Origin: an uncultured delta proteobacterium | GTDB taxonomy: Bacteria; Desulfobacterota; WTBG01 | Reading direction: 5' to 3' | Assembly: GCA_963793865.1 (NCBI GenBank) | Contig: CAWCBP010000008.1 | Coordinates: 224,001-288,000, forward strand | DNA length: 64,000 bases | Shown here: in pieces, positions 21,200 to 29,776 of the stretch | Numbering within the stretch: the stretch's first letter is position 1 | Layout: each line of letters begins with the position of its first letter | Program-made: the position numbers and the translations under genes | Notes under the pieces: model-generated | Database searches by the model: none | Told to the model about the DNA's origin: nothing | Seen by the model: the letters and a program-made list of their open reading frames with translations, nothing else

Positions 21200-21759
21200 T
21201 TTGGTACCGCGGTTTGATAATAATCGAAGGCTTGGTTTTTTTTGAATAGACAAATCCCGTAGCTTCACCAGCTGTTCCATATTTCCTGGCGAGTTCATCC
21301 AGGGGCCCGGCATCAAGCGCCCTCATGGGGCAGGCCTCCACGCAGACGGGTTTTCTGTCTGCGACTATCCGGTCAAGACAGAAGGTGCACATCTGCATCT
21401 TGGCTCCCGCTTCCTCCTCGAATTGCGGAACGCCATACGGACAGGCCTTTTTGCAGAGTTATTGACAGGCTATGTTGCCGAGGCAGAGCATCCCGGTTTA
21501 CTACTACTATCCCGTCTTCGGTCCTCTTGCTGATGGCCTTAGCGGGGCACGCGCCGGCGCAGGCCGGTAGCGCGCAGTGATTACAGGAGAGGGAAAGATA
21601 GGAAAGAAAGACATCGGGGTACGTTCCCCGCTCCCGTGAGATGACCCTTCGCCACTGTATCGGACCTGCTGCAATATCGTGCCAGTCCTTGCATGCCACG
21701 CTGCAGGCGTAGCACCCCACGCATCGCGACTGATCAAAATAAAATCCCCATTGTCTCAT
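21141..21759 (-). CDS. 4Fe-4S dicluster subunit (DmsB-like), frameshifted near 21400-21490
   Basis: FYFDQSRCVGCYACSVACK, CNHCALPAC..CP, CTFCLDR...CVEACPMRAL. Confidence 0.88.
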
Positions 21760-21885
21760 TACTCCGCTACTCCATTACGCTACTACGCCAGCGGCGCTTG
21801 AATACTGGATAGATGGAGTGTTGGAGTAATGAGATATTCCAGTAACCGCAGCACTCCACTACTCCATCGCTCCTGCTCCATTACC
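21754..21885. repeat. Short degenerate (T/C)ACTCCA / TGGAGT repeats with a perfect 12-bp inverted repeat
   Basis: TCTCATTACTCC (21754-21765) pairs with GGAGTAATGAGA (21823-21834); several ACTCC units nearby. Confidence 0.65.
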
Positions 21886-24075
21886 CAATTCCCCTGCTGT
21901 GTTTTTTCCCTTACCGGCCTTCTCCACCTGCACCAGGCAGGTGTTGCTGCAAAAGGCCCCTGCCGGTGAGTGCTCATCCTTGAGGAGCACGTTGCAGCAG
22001 CCGCCCCGGTCAATCCCCGTGGCGTCGGGATTGTACCATGCCCCCTCGTCCAGGCTCACCACCCCGGGCATGATGCGCTCGGTGACTTTTGCGGGGATGA
22101 CCACCTCACCGCGCTGATTGAAAATTTTCACGCTGTCACCGTTTTTAATATTCCTTGCTCGCGCATCAATGGAATTGATCCAGAGGGTCTGCGGCTCACA
22201 TTCCCTGAGCAGGGGAATGTTGTCCATGTTGGAATGAATCCGCCGCTTTATGTGGGTGGAGATAAACTGCAGGGGGTATTGTGCGGCCAAGGGGTCATTC
22301 CGGCTCTCCCAGGTTTCGAGGTAGGTGGGAATGGGCGGAAGCAGGGGGTTGTTCATGTCCGCCAGGCGCCGGGAGTAAATCTCGATCTTTCCGGATGGTG
22401 TGGGGAAGGGATGCTTTTCGGGGTCTGCTATCTCCTGACTGAAGGAAATGGCGGGCTCCGGGAGATGGATCTTGTGCACGCCTTTCTTTTTCAGGGTGTC
22501 ATAGTCAATCAGGGGTTTTGTATGGGCATGTTCTGCGGCCCCTTTCCAGAACTCCCGCAGCCACTCATCTTCAGTTTTATCGCAATACCCTTCAATGCCG
22601 AGCCGTTTCGCCAGTTCCGCGCAGATCTCAAGGTCTGACTTGGACTCGTGGAGCGAGTCAATGGCCTTGTTGAGATACATATAGTAAGAACCCGAATGCC
22701 AGGGGCGTATGATGTCGTTTCGTTCCAGCTGGGTGTTGACGGGAAGCAGAATATCGGCATACCGGGCGGTGGCGGTCATGAACTGCTCGTGAACCACCAC
22801 GCATTCTATCGCTTTCATTGCCCTGACGGCCTTGTTGGTATTTAAAAACTGGTTTACCGGGTTGCCGTTGGTAATGTAAAGCAGCTTGAAATCGGTTTCG
22901 TAACCGCCGGCTTTTCCCTGTATGATTCCATCCCAGACCTTGGTGATATGCACACCCCTCTTGGGTGAAGTGCCTTCAGGCAGATTGCCCGGCATGGCTC
23001 CCTTGAGCAAGCCGGCCGAGGAGAGAGGCTCGAGGCCCACGGGCACAAGGCCGAACCCGGCAGCATCCCCGCCGGGAATGCCGATGTTGCCGGTGATGGT
23101 CGCAAGGGTGGCGGCCGCGCGGTGAAACTGTTCGCCGAAGGCGGTACGCCCCGGTGCCCCGAGGGTCATCAGGGCTGCGGGTTTGATGGTGGCATACTCG
23201 CGGGCGAGTTCCTCAATGCTTGCAGCCGCCACGCCGGTTATGGTTTCCGCCCAGCGCGGGGTTTTGGGCGTGTTGTCGTCTTTGCCCATGAGGTAGTCCT
23301 TAAACTCCGGGAAGCCGACCGTGTGGGTATCGAGGAATTTCTGGTCCTGCAAACCGGCACATACGATTACATGCGCCATGGCCACCAGCAGTGCAGTATC
23401 GGTGCCCGGTCTGACGGGCACCCACTTCCGGGCAAATGCCGCCGCAGAATCAGTGAATCGCGGGTCAACGGCGATAATGTTAACCCCGGCTTCTCGCGCC
23501 TGGGACAGATACCAGGAGGTGTTGGTGCTCTGGATTGACACGGCGGGGTTCCAGCCCCACATGATGATCAGGCGCGCATTGAGCAGGTCTTCACGGGAGT
23601 GGCCGGTGGTGAGGGTGCCGTAGGTGATGTTTGAGGCGAAAAGGTTGCCCCAGAACGAGGCGGATCCCCAGACGGGCGTAAAACCGCCGAACATGGTGAG
23701 CAGCCGGTTGACCGCCAGCTGGCTGTGCAGAAAGGTCCCCGTGTTGCCGGAATAGGGGACATAAAAAATTGCGGCGTTTCCGTAGATTTTTTTAACGCGC
23801 TGCAGCTCATCGGCCACCCGATCCAGGGCTTCGTCCCAGCTGATGCGCTCAAATTTCCCCTCGCCCCGTTCCCCGACCCGCCGCATGGGGTATTTGAGAC
23901 GATCGGGGGAATACACGCGATGGCGGTATGCCCGGCCCCGCGCGCACGCCCTGAGCTGCGGCTCCTCACCGCTATCGCTCTCAATCCGGGTGATCACCCC
24001 GTCTTTCACATGCAGCTTGAGTACGCACCGCCCGCCGCAATCATGAGGACAACTGGTTATTACTTCTTTCTCCAT
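21859..24075 (-). CDS. Molybdopterin oxidoreductase catalytic subunit, DmsA/YnfE-like, without a Tat signal
   Basis: CPHDCGGRC, LRACARG, RLKYPMRRVGERGEGKFERISWDEA, PGTDTAL, TARYADILLP, TPSGKIEIYS, NTCLVQVEK. Confidence 0.93.
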   Translation of the reverse strand: MEKEVITSCPHDCGGRCVLKLHVKDGVITRIESDSGEEPQLRACARGRAYRHRVYSPDRLKYPMRRVGERGEGKFERISWDEALDRVADELQRVKKIYGNAAIFYVPYSGNTGTFLHSQLAVNRLLTMFGGFTPVWGSASFWGNLFASNITYGTLTTGHSREDLLNARLIIMWGWNPAVSIQSTNTSWYLSQAREAGVNIIAVDPRFTDSAAAFARKWVPVRPGTDTALLVAMAHVIVCAGLQDQKFLDTHTVGFPEFKDYLMGKDDNTPKTPRWAETITGVAAASIEELAREYATIKPAALMTLGAPGRTAFGEQFHRAAATLATITGNIGIPGGDAAGFGLVPVGLEPLSSAGLLKGAMPGNLPEGTSPKRGVHITKVWDGIIQGKAGGYETDFKLLYITNGNPVNQFLNTNKAVRAMKAIECVVVHEQFMTATARYADILLPVNTQLERNDIIRPWHSGSYYMYLNKAIDSLHESKSDLEICAELAKRLGIEGYCDKTEDEWLREFWKGAAEHAHTKPLIDYDTLKKKGVHKIHLPEPAISFSQEIADPEKHPFPTPSGKIEIYSRRLADMNNPLLPPIPTYLETWESRNDPLAAQYPLQFISTHIKRRIHSNMDNIPLLRECEPQTLWINSIDARARNIKNGDSVKIFNQRGEVVIPAKVTERIMPGVVSLDEGAWYNPDATGIDRGGCCNVLLKDEHSPAGAFCSNTCLVQVEKAGKGKNTAGELGNGAGAME

Positions 24076-24087
24076 TGGGGTCAGACC

Positions 24088-24116
24088 TTGACATTGGACA
24101 CGTAGTTCGCTACGAT
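24088..24116 (+). promoter_or_regulatory. Sigma70-type promoter for nth
   Basis: TTGACA-17 bp-TACGAT. Confidence 0.6.
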
Positions 24117-24200
24117 GAACCCGACACAGATAGCATATTAACAGTTCCTATACCAATTATGTCAACAGGAAAATTCAAGGGCTGACCCCAACACACAAAG

Positions 24201-24851
24201 ATGGGTGACATGAAAAAGGATGATTCAAGCAAAGTGCGGATTGCAAAAATCATTTCTCTTTTAAAGAAGCGCTATCCGGATGCCAGGTGTGCTCTGCATT
24301 TTAACAGCCCCTTAGAGTTGCTGGTTGCCACTATTCTATCAGCGCAGTGTACTGATGAGCGGGTCAACAAGGTTACCGCGGATTTGTTCAGGAAATATAA
24401 AACGGCGGAGGATTATGCCCGGGTTAAGCAGGAGGTTCTGGAAACGGATATCAGGTCAACCGGGTTTTACAAAAACAAAGCCAAAAGCATCATCAACTGC
24501 TGCAAAAAGATGGTGCAGCTGCACGGCGGAAAGGTTCCGGGCACGCTGGAAGAGCTGGTGGCGCTTGACGGGATCGGTCGCAAGACGGCCAATGTCATTC
24601 TGGGCAACGCCTTCGGTGTCCCGGGGATTACCGTGGACACCCATGTGAAACGGGTGTCGTATAGGCTGGGGCTCACGAAACATCAGGATCCGGTGAAAAT
24701 TGAGTTTGATTTGATGAAGCTGGTGCCGCAGAAAGAGTGGACCAACTTTTCCCACCTGGTGATCTTTCACGGCAGATACACCTGCATGGCCAGAAAGCCG
24801 ATTTGTGAAAGTTGTGTCATTGCGCAGCTTTGTCCCAGGGTGGACGTATAA
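24201..24851 (+). CDS. nth: Endonuclease III
   Basis: LLVATILSAQCTD, HhH LDGIGRKTANV, VDTHV, C-x6-C-x2-C-x5-C cluster motif. Confidence 0.97.
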   Translation: MGDMKKDDSSKVRIAKIISLLKKRYPDARCALHFNSPLELLVATILSAQCTDERVNKVTADLFRKYKTAEDYARVKQEVLETDIRSTGFYKNKAKSIINCCKKMVQLHGGKVPGTLEELVALDGIGRKTANVILGNAFGVPGITVDTHVKRVSYRLGLTKHQDPVKIEFDLMKLVPQKEWTNFSHLVIFHGRYTCMARKPICESCVIAQLCPRVDV

Positions 24852-24962
24852 ACGCCTGCTCATTATCATCGTGATGTATGTATGCGACGGTAGTTTTCCT
24901 TCCAGCAGAGCTTAACCGCGGGGCAGAGCACATACTCTTATATGGTGGCGAGGGAAGTCAGC

Positions 24963-26282
24963 ATGGATGGAACGGTTATTGTTGGTGCGGGTGTGGCCGG
25001 TTTGACCGCGGGATATCTGCTTTCCCGGTCGGGTCATAAAGTTATCGTGATCGAGAAGGAGGATCGGGCGGGGGGATTGGCGAGGAGCTTCTACTATGAT
25101 GATTTTATCTTCGACATCGGACCGCATCGTTTCCATACCGATGACAAAGAGGTATCAGCATTCATAGAGGAAATTCTCGGGGAGAGGAAAATTGTCCTTC
25201 CCCGCTGCAGCGGCGTTTGGATGTTCGGACATTACCATGACTGGCCGCTCAATTGGAAGGTTCTTTTTAAGCTCCCCGCGTCTGTCATTTTCCGCACCAT
25301 GCCGGATCTCCTCTCCAGAAAAGCTCAGCAGGGCAGCAGTTTTGAAGATTACATTGTGAGCCGGTACGGTAAAACACTCTATGATGTTTTTTTTAAGCCC
25401 TACACGGAAAAATTTTTAAAGCTGCCTCCTCACCGGGTGCACGCCACCTGGGCGGAATCGGGAATCGATCGGGCGGTGATCGATAAAAAGGTTCAAATGG
25501 GAAGTTTATTTGAAGTGGTCAAAACCGCCTTGCTTCCCGCCCCGGTTAAAACAAATTTCCTCTATCCTTCCGATGGCGGTATAGATGTGTTTAGCCACAA
25601 GATGGCTTCACTCATCGAAAACAACGGCGGCGAGGTTCTCCTGAATACCGTAGTTGATGCTATCGAATGCGAAGGATCAGCCATAAAGTCCATCTCCTGT
25701 GGTGGCAGGAACATCCGGCCCGATCTGATCATTTGGACCGCACCGCTTACCACGCTCAGCACACTGTTGGGGCTTCCGCGACCTGATATCAGCTATCTCT
25801 CCATTGTGCTGTACAATGTGGAGACGCGGGGACCCTGCAGAACAAAGTATCAGTGGTGTTACTATGGTCAGCAGGACACGACCATAAATCGCATTTCGGT
25901 TCCCGCCTTGTTTTCTGAGCGTGCAGCTCCTCGGGGGCGCACCGGTATCTGTGCGGAAGTAACCTGCATGGAAGGCGATGCCGTATGGACGCACCCGGAT
26001 GGGTTAATCAACACGGTCATTCAAGATTTAGTTAAGGTGAAATTGCTCAAGGATGAAAGCGAAGTGGGGCGCATCCATATTGAAAAAATTCTCAATACCT
26101 ACCCGGTGTATGATATCGGGTATCCCCGGAAGCTGGAGAAGGTTATGGGGCTGCTCGCACCATACCAGCGGTTGCGGCTTTTAGGCCGGACAGGAACCTT
26201 CTGGTACAATAATATGGATCATTCCATACGCATGGCCTTGGATTTGGTGCATGGCCTGCCAGTGAGAAGAGGCGGGGAGTAA
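24963..26282 (+). CDS. FAD-dependent oxidoreductase, UDP-galactopyranose mutase-like
   Basis: GAGVAGL, FDIGPHRF, FKPYTEK, GRTGTFWYNNMDHS. Confidence 0.8.
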   Translation: MDGTVIVGAGVAGLTAGYLLSRSGHKVIVIEKEDRAGGLARSFYYDDFIFDIGPHRFHTDDKEVSAFIEEILGERKIVLPRCSGVWMFGHYHDWPLNWKVLFKLPASVIFRTMPDLLSRKAQQGSSFEDYIVSRYGKTLYDVFFKPYTEKFLKLPPHRVHATWAESGIDRAVIDKKVQMGSLFEVVKTALLPAPVKTNFLYPSDGGIDVFSHKMASLIENNGGEVLLNTVVDAIECEGSAIKSISCGGRNIRPDLIIWTAPLTTLSTLLGLPRPDISYLSIVLYNVETRGPCRTKYQWCYYGQQDTTINRISVPALFSERAAPRGRTGICAEVTCMEGDAVWTHPDGLINTVIQDLVKVKLLKDESEVGRIHIEKILNTYPVYDIGYPRKLEKVMGLLAPYQRLRLLGRTGTFWYNNMDHSIRMALDLVHGLPVRRGGE

Positions 26283-26399
26283 TGCCTGAACACAATGCAG
26301 GGTTGTACCGGCATCATGTGAAGATGTGGGAATGGCGTTGAGGTCGATATGCGGGGGGCATGTTCCCCGGGTAGCTCTTCTGCTTGTACGTGGACGGTC

Positions 26400-28091
26400 A
26401 TGATGGTACAGGAGAAAGAACAAAAAAACCTTCTTCGGGGGGTGCTGCTCATTTGTCTGATCGCCGTGTTGTTGCGAGCCCCCTACGTCACGGTCCCTTT
26501 TTTTAATGTTGATGAAGCGCTCATTGCGGTTATGGCGGATACGATTTTAGATGGCGGGGTGCTTTATAGAGATGTGTGGGAGCACCAGACCCCGGTGGCC
26601 TACTATATCTATGCCCTGGTCTTTTTTATTTGTGGAAAAAACAACATGACCGCCATTCACCTCTTCGGCATCCTCTGGATCATTCTGTCGGCACTGATGA
26701 TTGGCAGGCTGGCCGACGAAGCGTTTGGCCGCGTCAAGCACCTGGGCCTCCTTGCCGGTCTATTTTATGTAATCTATATCTCCAGCTTTGAGAGCTGGGA
26801 TGTGCTGGCGGTGAACACGGAAATGCTGCTGGTCCTCCCGGTAACCGCCGCGGCTGTCTGCCTATTCCGCGGTGAAAAAACTGCCCGTGGGGCTTTCTTT
26901 GCATGTGCCGGGGCGCTGTGCGGGCTGGGGGCCATGACCAAACAAACAGCCGGGCTGGTGCTGCCGGCAATGCTTTTTCATCTCATGCTTACCCCCGCCA
27001 TATGCAAAAGAAACGTGCCCTGGAACGAAAGGATAAAAAGGTCGCTTCTGGCGGCCGGGGGATTCACCCTGGTCATTGCCGGCTTCGCCGCATATTTTTG
27101 GCGGCAGGGCGCTCTGGAGGATTTTTTTTATTTAACCGTCATCCATCCCTATCAGTATTCATCAGCGATGGATCCGCATTATTTTAAGTGGCGGCTCAAG
27201 ATAAAAACCCTCGAAATCGTTCTGCCCCATTTTCTTCTCTGGAGCATGGCGGGTTTGAGCTGCGCTTACATGCTGTGCAGGACCATCACCGATTGTTTGT
27301 CCGGGCATAAGCAGTCTTCAGGCGCGTGGGAAACGCAGGCAGGGTGCTTTCTCATATTATGGCTTTCTGCTGCGCTGGCCGGAGTTGCAATGAGCGGCCG
27401 TTTTTTTGGCCACTACTATATTCAGGCCTTTCCGGTGCTGGCACTCATGGCCGCCTACGGCGTCTTAAGGCTGCCTGCATTATTGCTGAGGGAAAGGTTT
27501 GCCGCACCGGTTGTGAAGAGGCTGATTTGGGTGGCGGTCCTCGTGGGAATGCTTATTCCGGTGATACAGTACCAGACGCAATATATCATGCGATTTATTG
27601 TCCAAAGAGATAATCCCCAGGTAACCCATGACATGGTTGAGGCCAGTTTCAGACCGGTGGCCGATTATGTCCGTACCCATACCCGGCCTGAGGATACCGT
27701 TTTTGTATGGGGGTTTTGTCCGCAAATTTATGTTCTTGCCGATAGAAATCCGGCGTCGAGATTCATTTTTTGCAATTTTCTAACCGGCAGCATGACCGAG
27801 TCCGCCCTCGACTTTGAACCGCAGGCGGAAACTGATGACTGGATTACGCCGGGCAGCTGGAACATGCTGGAGGATGACCTTGGTAAAACGAAGCCGCAGT
27901 GTATTGTTGATGTGACTCCTTCCAGCTATTTGAATTACGCAAAGTATCCCATAAGAAAATATCCATACCTTGCGGCATTACTGGATCAGCATTATCAATT
28001 GGCCGCGACCATAAGCGAAATGGATATATACCAACGCAGCGGCTCTGCCGCACACCGCCGGTACCGGACAGGGCCGGCATTAATCATGTGA
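26400..28091 (+). CDS. GT-C fold glycosyltransferase (GT39/ArnT-like)
   Basis: NVDE in first loop, YRDVWEHQTP, NTE, many TM helices, HYYIQ, C-terminal soluble domain. Confidence 0.85.
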   Translation: MMVQEKEQKNLLRGVLLICLIAVLLRAPYVTVPFFNVDEALIAVMADTILDGGVLYRDVWEHQTPVAYYIYALVFFICGKNNMTAIHLFGILWIILSALMIGRLADEAFGRVKHLGLLAGLFYVIYISSFESWDVLAVNTEMLLVLPVTAAAVCLFRGEKTARGAFFACAGALCGLGAMTKQTAGLVLPAMLFHLMLTPAICKRNVPWNERIKRSLLAAGGFTLVIAGFAAYFWRQGALEDFFYLTVIHPYQYSSAMDPHYFKWRLKIKTLEIVLPHFLLWSMAGLSCAYMLCRTITDCLSGHKQSSGAWETQAGCFLILWLSAALAGVAMSGRFFGHYYIQAFPVLALMAAYGVLRLPALLLRERFAAPVVKRLIWVAVLVGMLIPVIQYQTQYIMRFIVQRDNPQVTHDMVEASFRPVADYVRTHTRPEDTVFVWGFCPQIYVLADRNPASRFIFCNFLTGSMTESALDFEPQAETDDWITPGSWNMLEDDLGKTKPQCIVDVTPSSYLNYAKYPIRKYPYLAALLDQHYQLAATISEMDIYQRSGSAAHRRYRTGPALIM

Positions 28092-28102
28092 CCGTGATTT
28101 AG

Positions 28103-29743
28103 ATGAATGCCAGGCAGATCAGGGATATCGCGATCATCATTATAGCTGCGCTCATGGTCATGGGCGTTTACTGGTATCGGGAGTGGACATGCACGGCCGG
28201 GCATTATGGCGTCCCTCTGGACGACGCGTGGATACATTATCATTTCGCCTCAAATCTTGTTCAGGGAAACGGCTTTGTTTACAACCTTGGTGAACCGGTG
28301 TCAGGATCGACATCTCCCTTATGGGTCTTTGTACTGGCCGGCGCTTTTTTTCTGAGCGGGGAGTTTCTGGTCACCTCCAAAATACTGAGCGGGCTCTTTT
28401 TCCTCGGCACCGCCGCGGCCGTTTACCTGTTTGCCCTGCAACAGGGATATCAAAGGCGCATCGCACTGCTATCCGCCCTGCTTACGGTTATGGCGGGCCG
28501 CTTCGGCTGGGCATCTCTTTCCGGAATGGAGGTGACCCTTTTTACTTTTTTAAGCATGGTGGCGGTGATGCAACACTGCCGTGACCGCAGAGAAGGCAGG
28601 AACGGCCTGTCGACTGCGGTGCTCTTTGCGGTTGCATCACTGGTGCGGCCTGAAGGTTATGCGCTTTTTACCTTTGCCACCATCGATACCATGCTGGAGA
28701 TGAGATACACCCGGGAACGCGGCTGCGTGATCACGCTACGAGCTGTTCCGCTGCTGCCGGTTTGCCTCTATCTGGTTATCATCGCCCCGTACCTGATCTT
28801 TTCCTACTACACGACAGGTCACTGCCTGCCTCAAACCTACTACGCCCAGAATGAACTTTTCGGCCTGCTGAAGCGACTGGAGTATCTCAAGCAATATGTG
28901 GCAAGCATGTGGGATGATCATCCGCTCCTTTTTTTCTTTATACCCTTCGGTATCGGTGGTTATTTTCAAAGCATACTGAAGCGCGGCACGGAAAAAACTC
29001 ACGGAGTTTCCCTGCTGCTCCTTTTCTGGACCGTCGGATATCCCCTGCTGGCCATGCTTATTGCGCCGAATGCGCGGCACTACCATCGTTATATGATGCC
29101 GCTCATCCCGTTCTACATGGTAATCGCCGCGGGGGGCTTTGACCGCTTTCTCAGCGCGGCCGGGGACTTCTGTAATCGCCTGGAGCTGGTATCCCGGCTT
29201 GGGAAATGGACGGTTTCTTCACGCCCTGCCGCCATCGCTGCATATATGGTGGTGATCGGCGTGTCAGTTTTCTTGTCGGTGGCGGTCTGGTCACACCGGT
29301 TTGCCGGCGACGTGGAAAACATCAACAGTCAGCAGGTTGCCATGGGCAGGTGGGTGAAAGAACACATACCGCCGGAGAAGGTAATTGCCCTGAGCGATAT
29401 CGGGGCCATAACCTTCATTGCGCAGCGGAAAAAAATTATCGACATGGTGGGATTGGTGAATCCCGAACTGCTCGACGCCGTGCGAAATTCAGAAAAGGCG
29501 TATCAGGATGTGCTGCTCGATTTTCTTCACCAGCACAAGCCGGATTACATAATAACCCACCCTACCTCCTATCCCCGGCTGATTGCCGAGAAGGCAGTAC
29601 TGCAGGAAATCTACTCCATCGAGCTGCAACAGTATAGCGGCATGAGCGCGGGGCGAACCATGGCGGTGTATAAAACCCATTGGGATGATTTTAAGGAAGT
29701 TCCCGAGGAGGCGCATGAGGTTGATCTGCCGGTGATGCGATGA
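28103..29743 (+). CDS. GT-C fold glycosyltransferase (DDAWIH type)
   Basis: LDDAWIH..FASNL..GNG..YN.GEPVSGSTSPLW, SGME, RPEG, RYMMP, DIGA, DMVGL. Confidence 0.82.
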   Translation: MNARQIRDIAIIIIAALMVMGVYWYREWTCTAGHYGVPLDDAWIHYHFASNLVQGNGFVYNLGEPVSGSTSPLWVFVLAGAFFLSGEFLVTSKILSGLFFLGTAAAVYLFALQQGYQRRIALLSALLTVMAGRFGWASLSGMEVTLFTFLSMVAVMQHCRDRREGRNGLSTAVLFAVASLVRPEGYALFTFATIDTMLEMRYTRERGCVITLRAVPLLPVCLYLVIIAPYLIFSYYTTGHCLPQTYYAQNELFGLLKRLEYLKQYVASMWDDHPLLFFFIPFGIGGYFQSILKRGTEKTHGVSLLLLFWTVGYPLLAMLIAPNARHYHRYMMPLIPFYMVIAAGGFDRFLSAAGDFCNRLELVSRLGKWTVSSRPAAIAAYMVVIGVSVFLSVAVWSHRFAGDVENINSQQVAMGRWVKEHIPPEKVIALSDIGAITFIAQRKKIIDMVGLVNPELLDAVRNSEKAYQDVLLDFLHQHKPDYIITHPTSYPRLIAEKAVLQEIYSIELQQYSGMSAGRTMAVYKTHWDDFKEVPEEAHEVDLPVMR

Positions 29744-29776
29744 CCGGTTCATATCGCCGGCGGATACACGAAGCGT

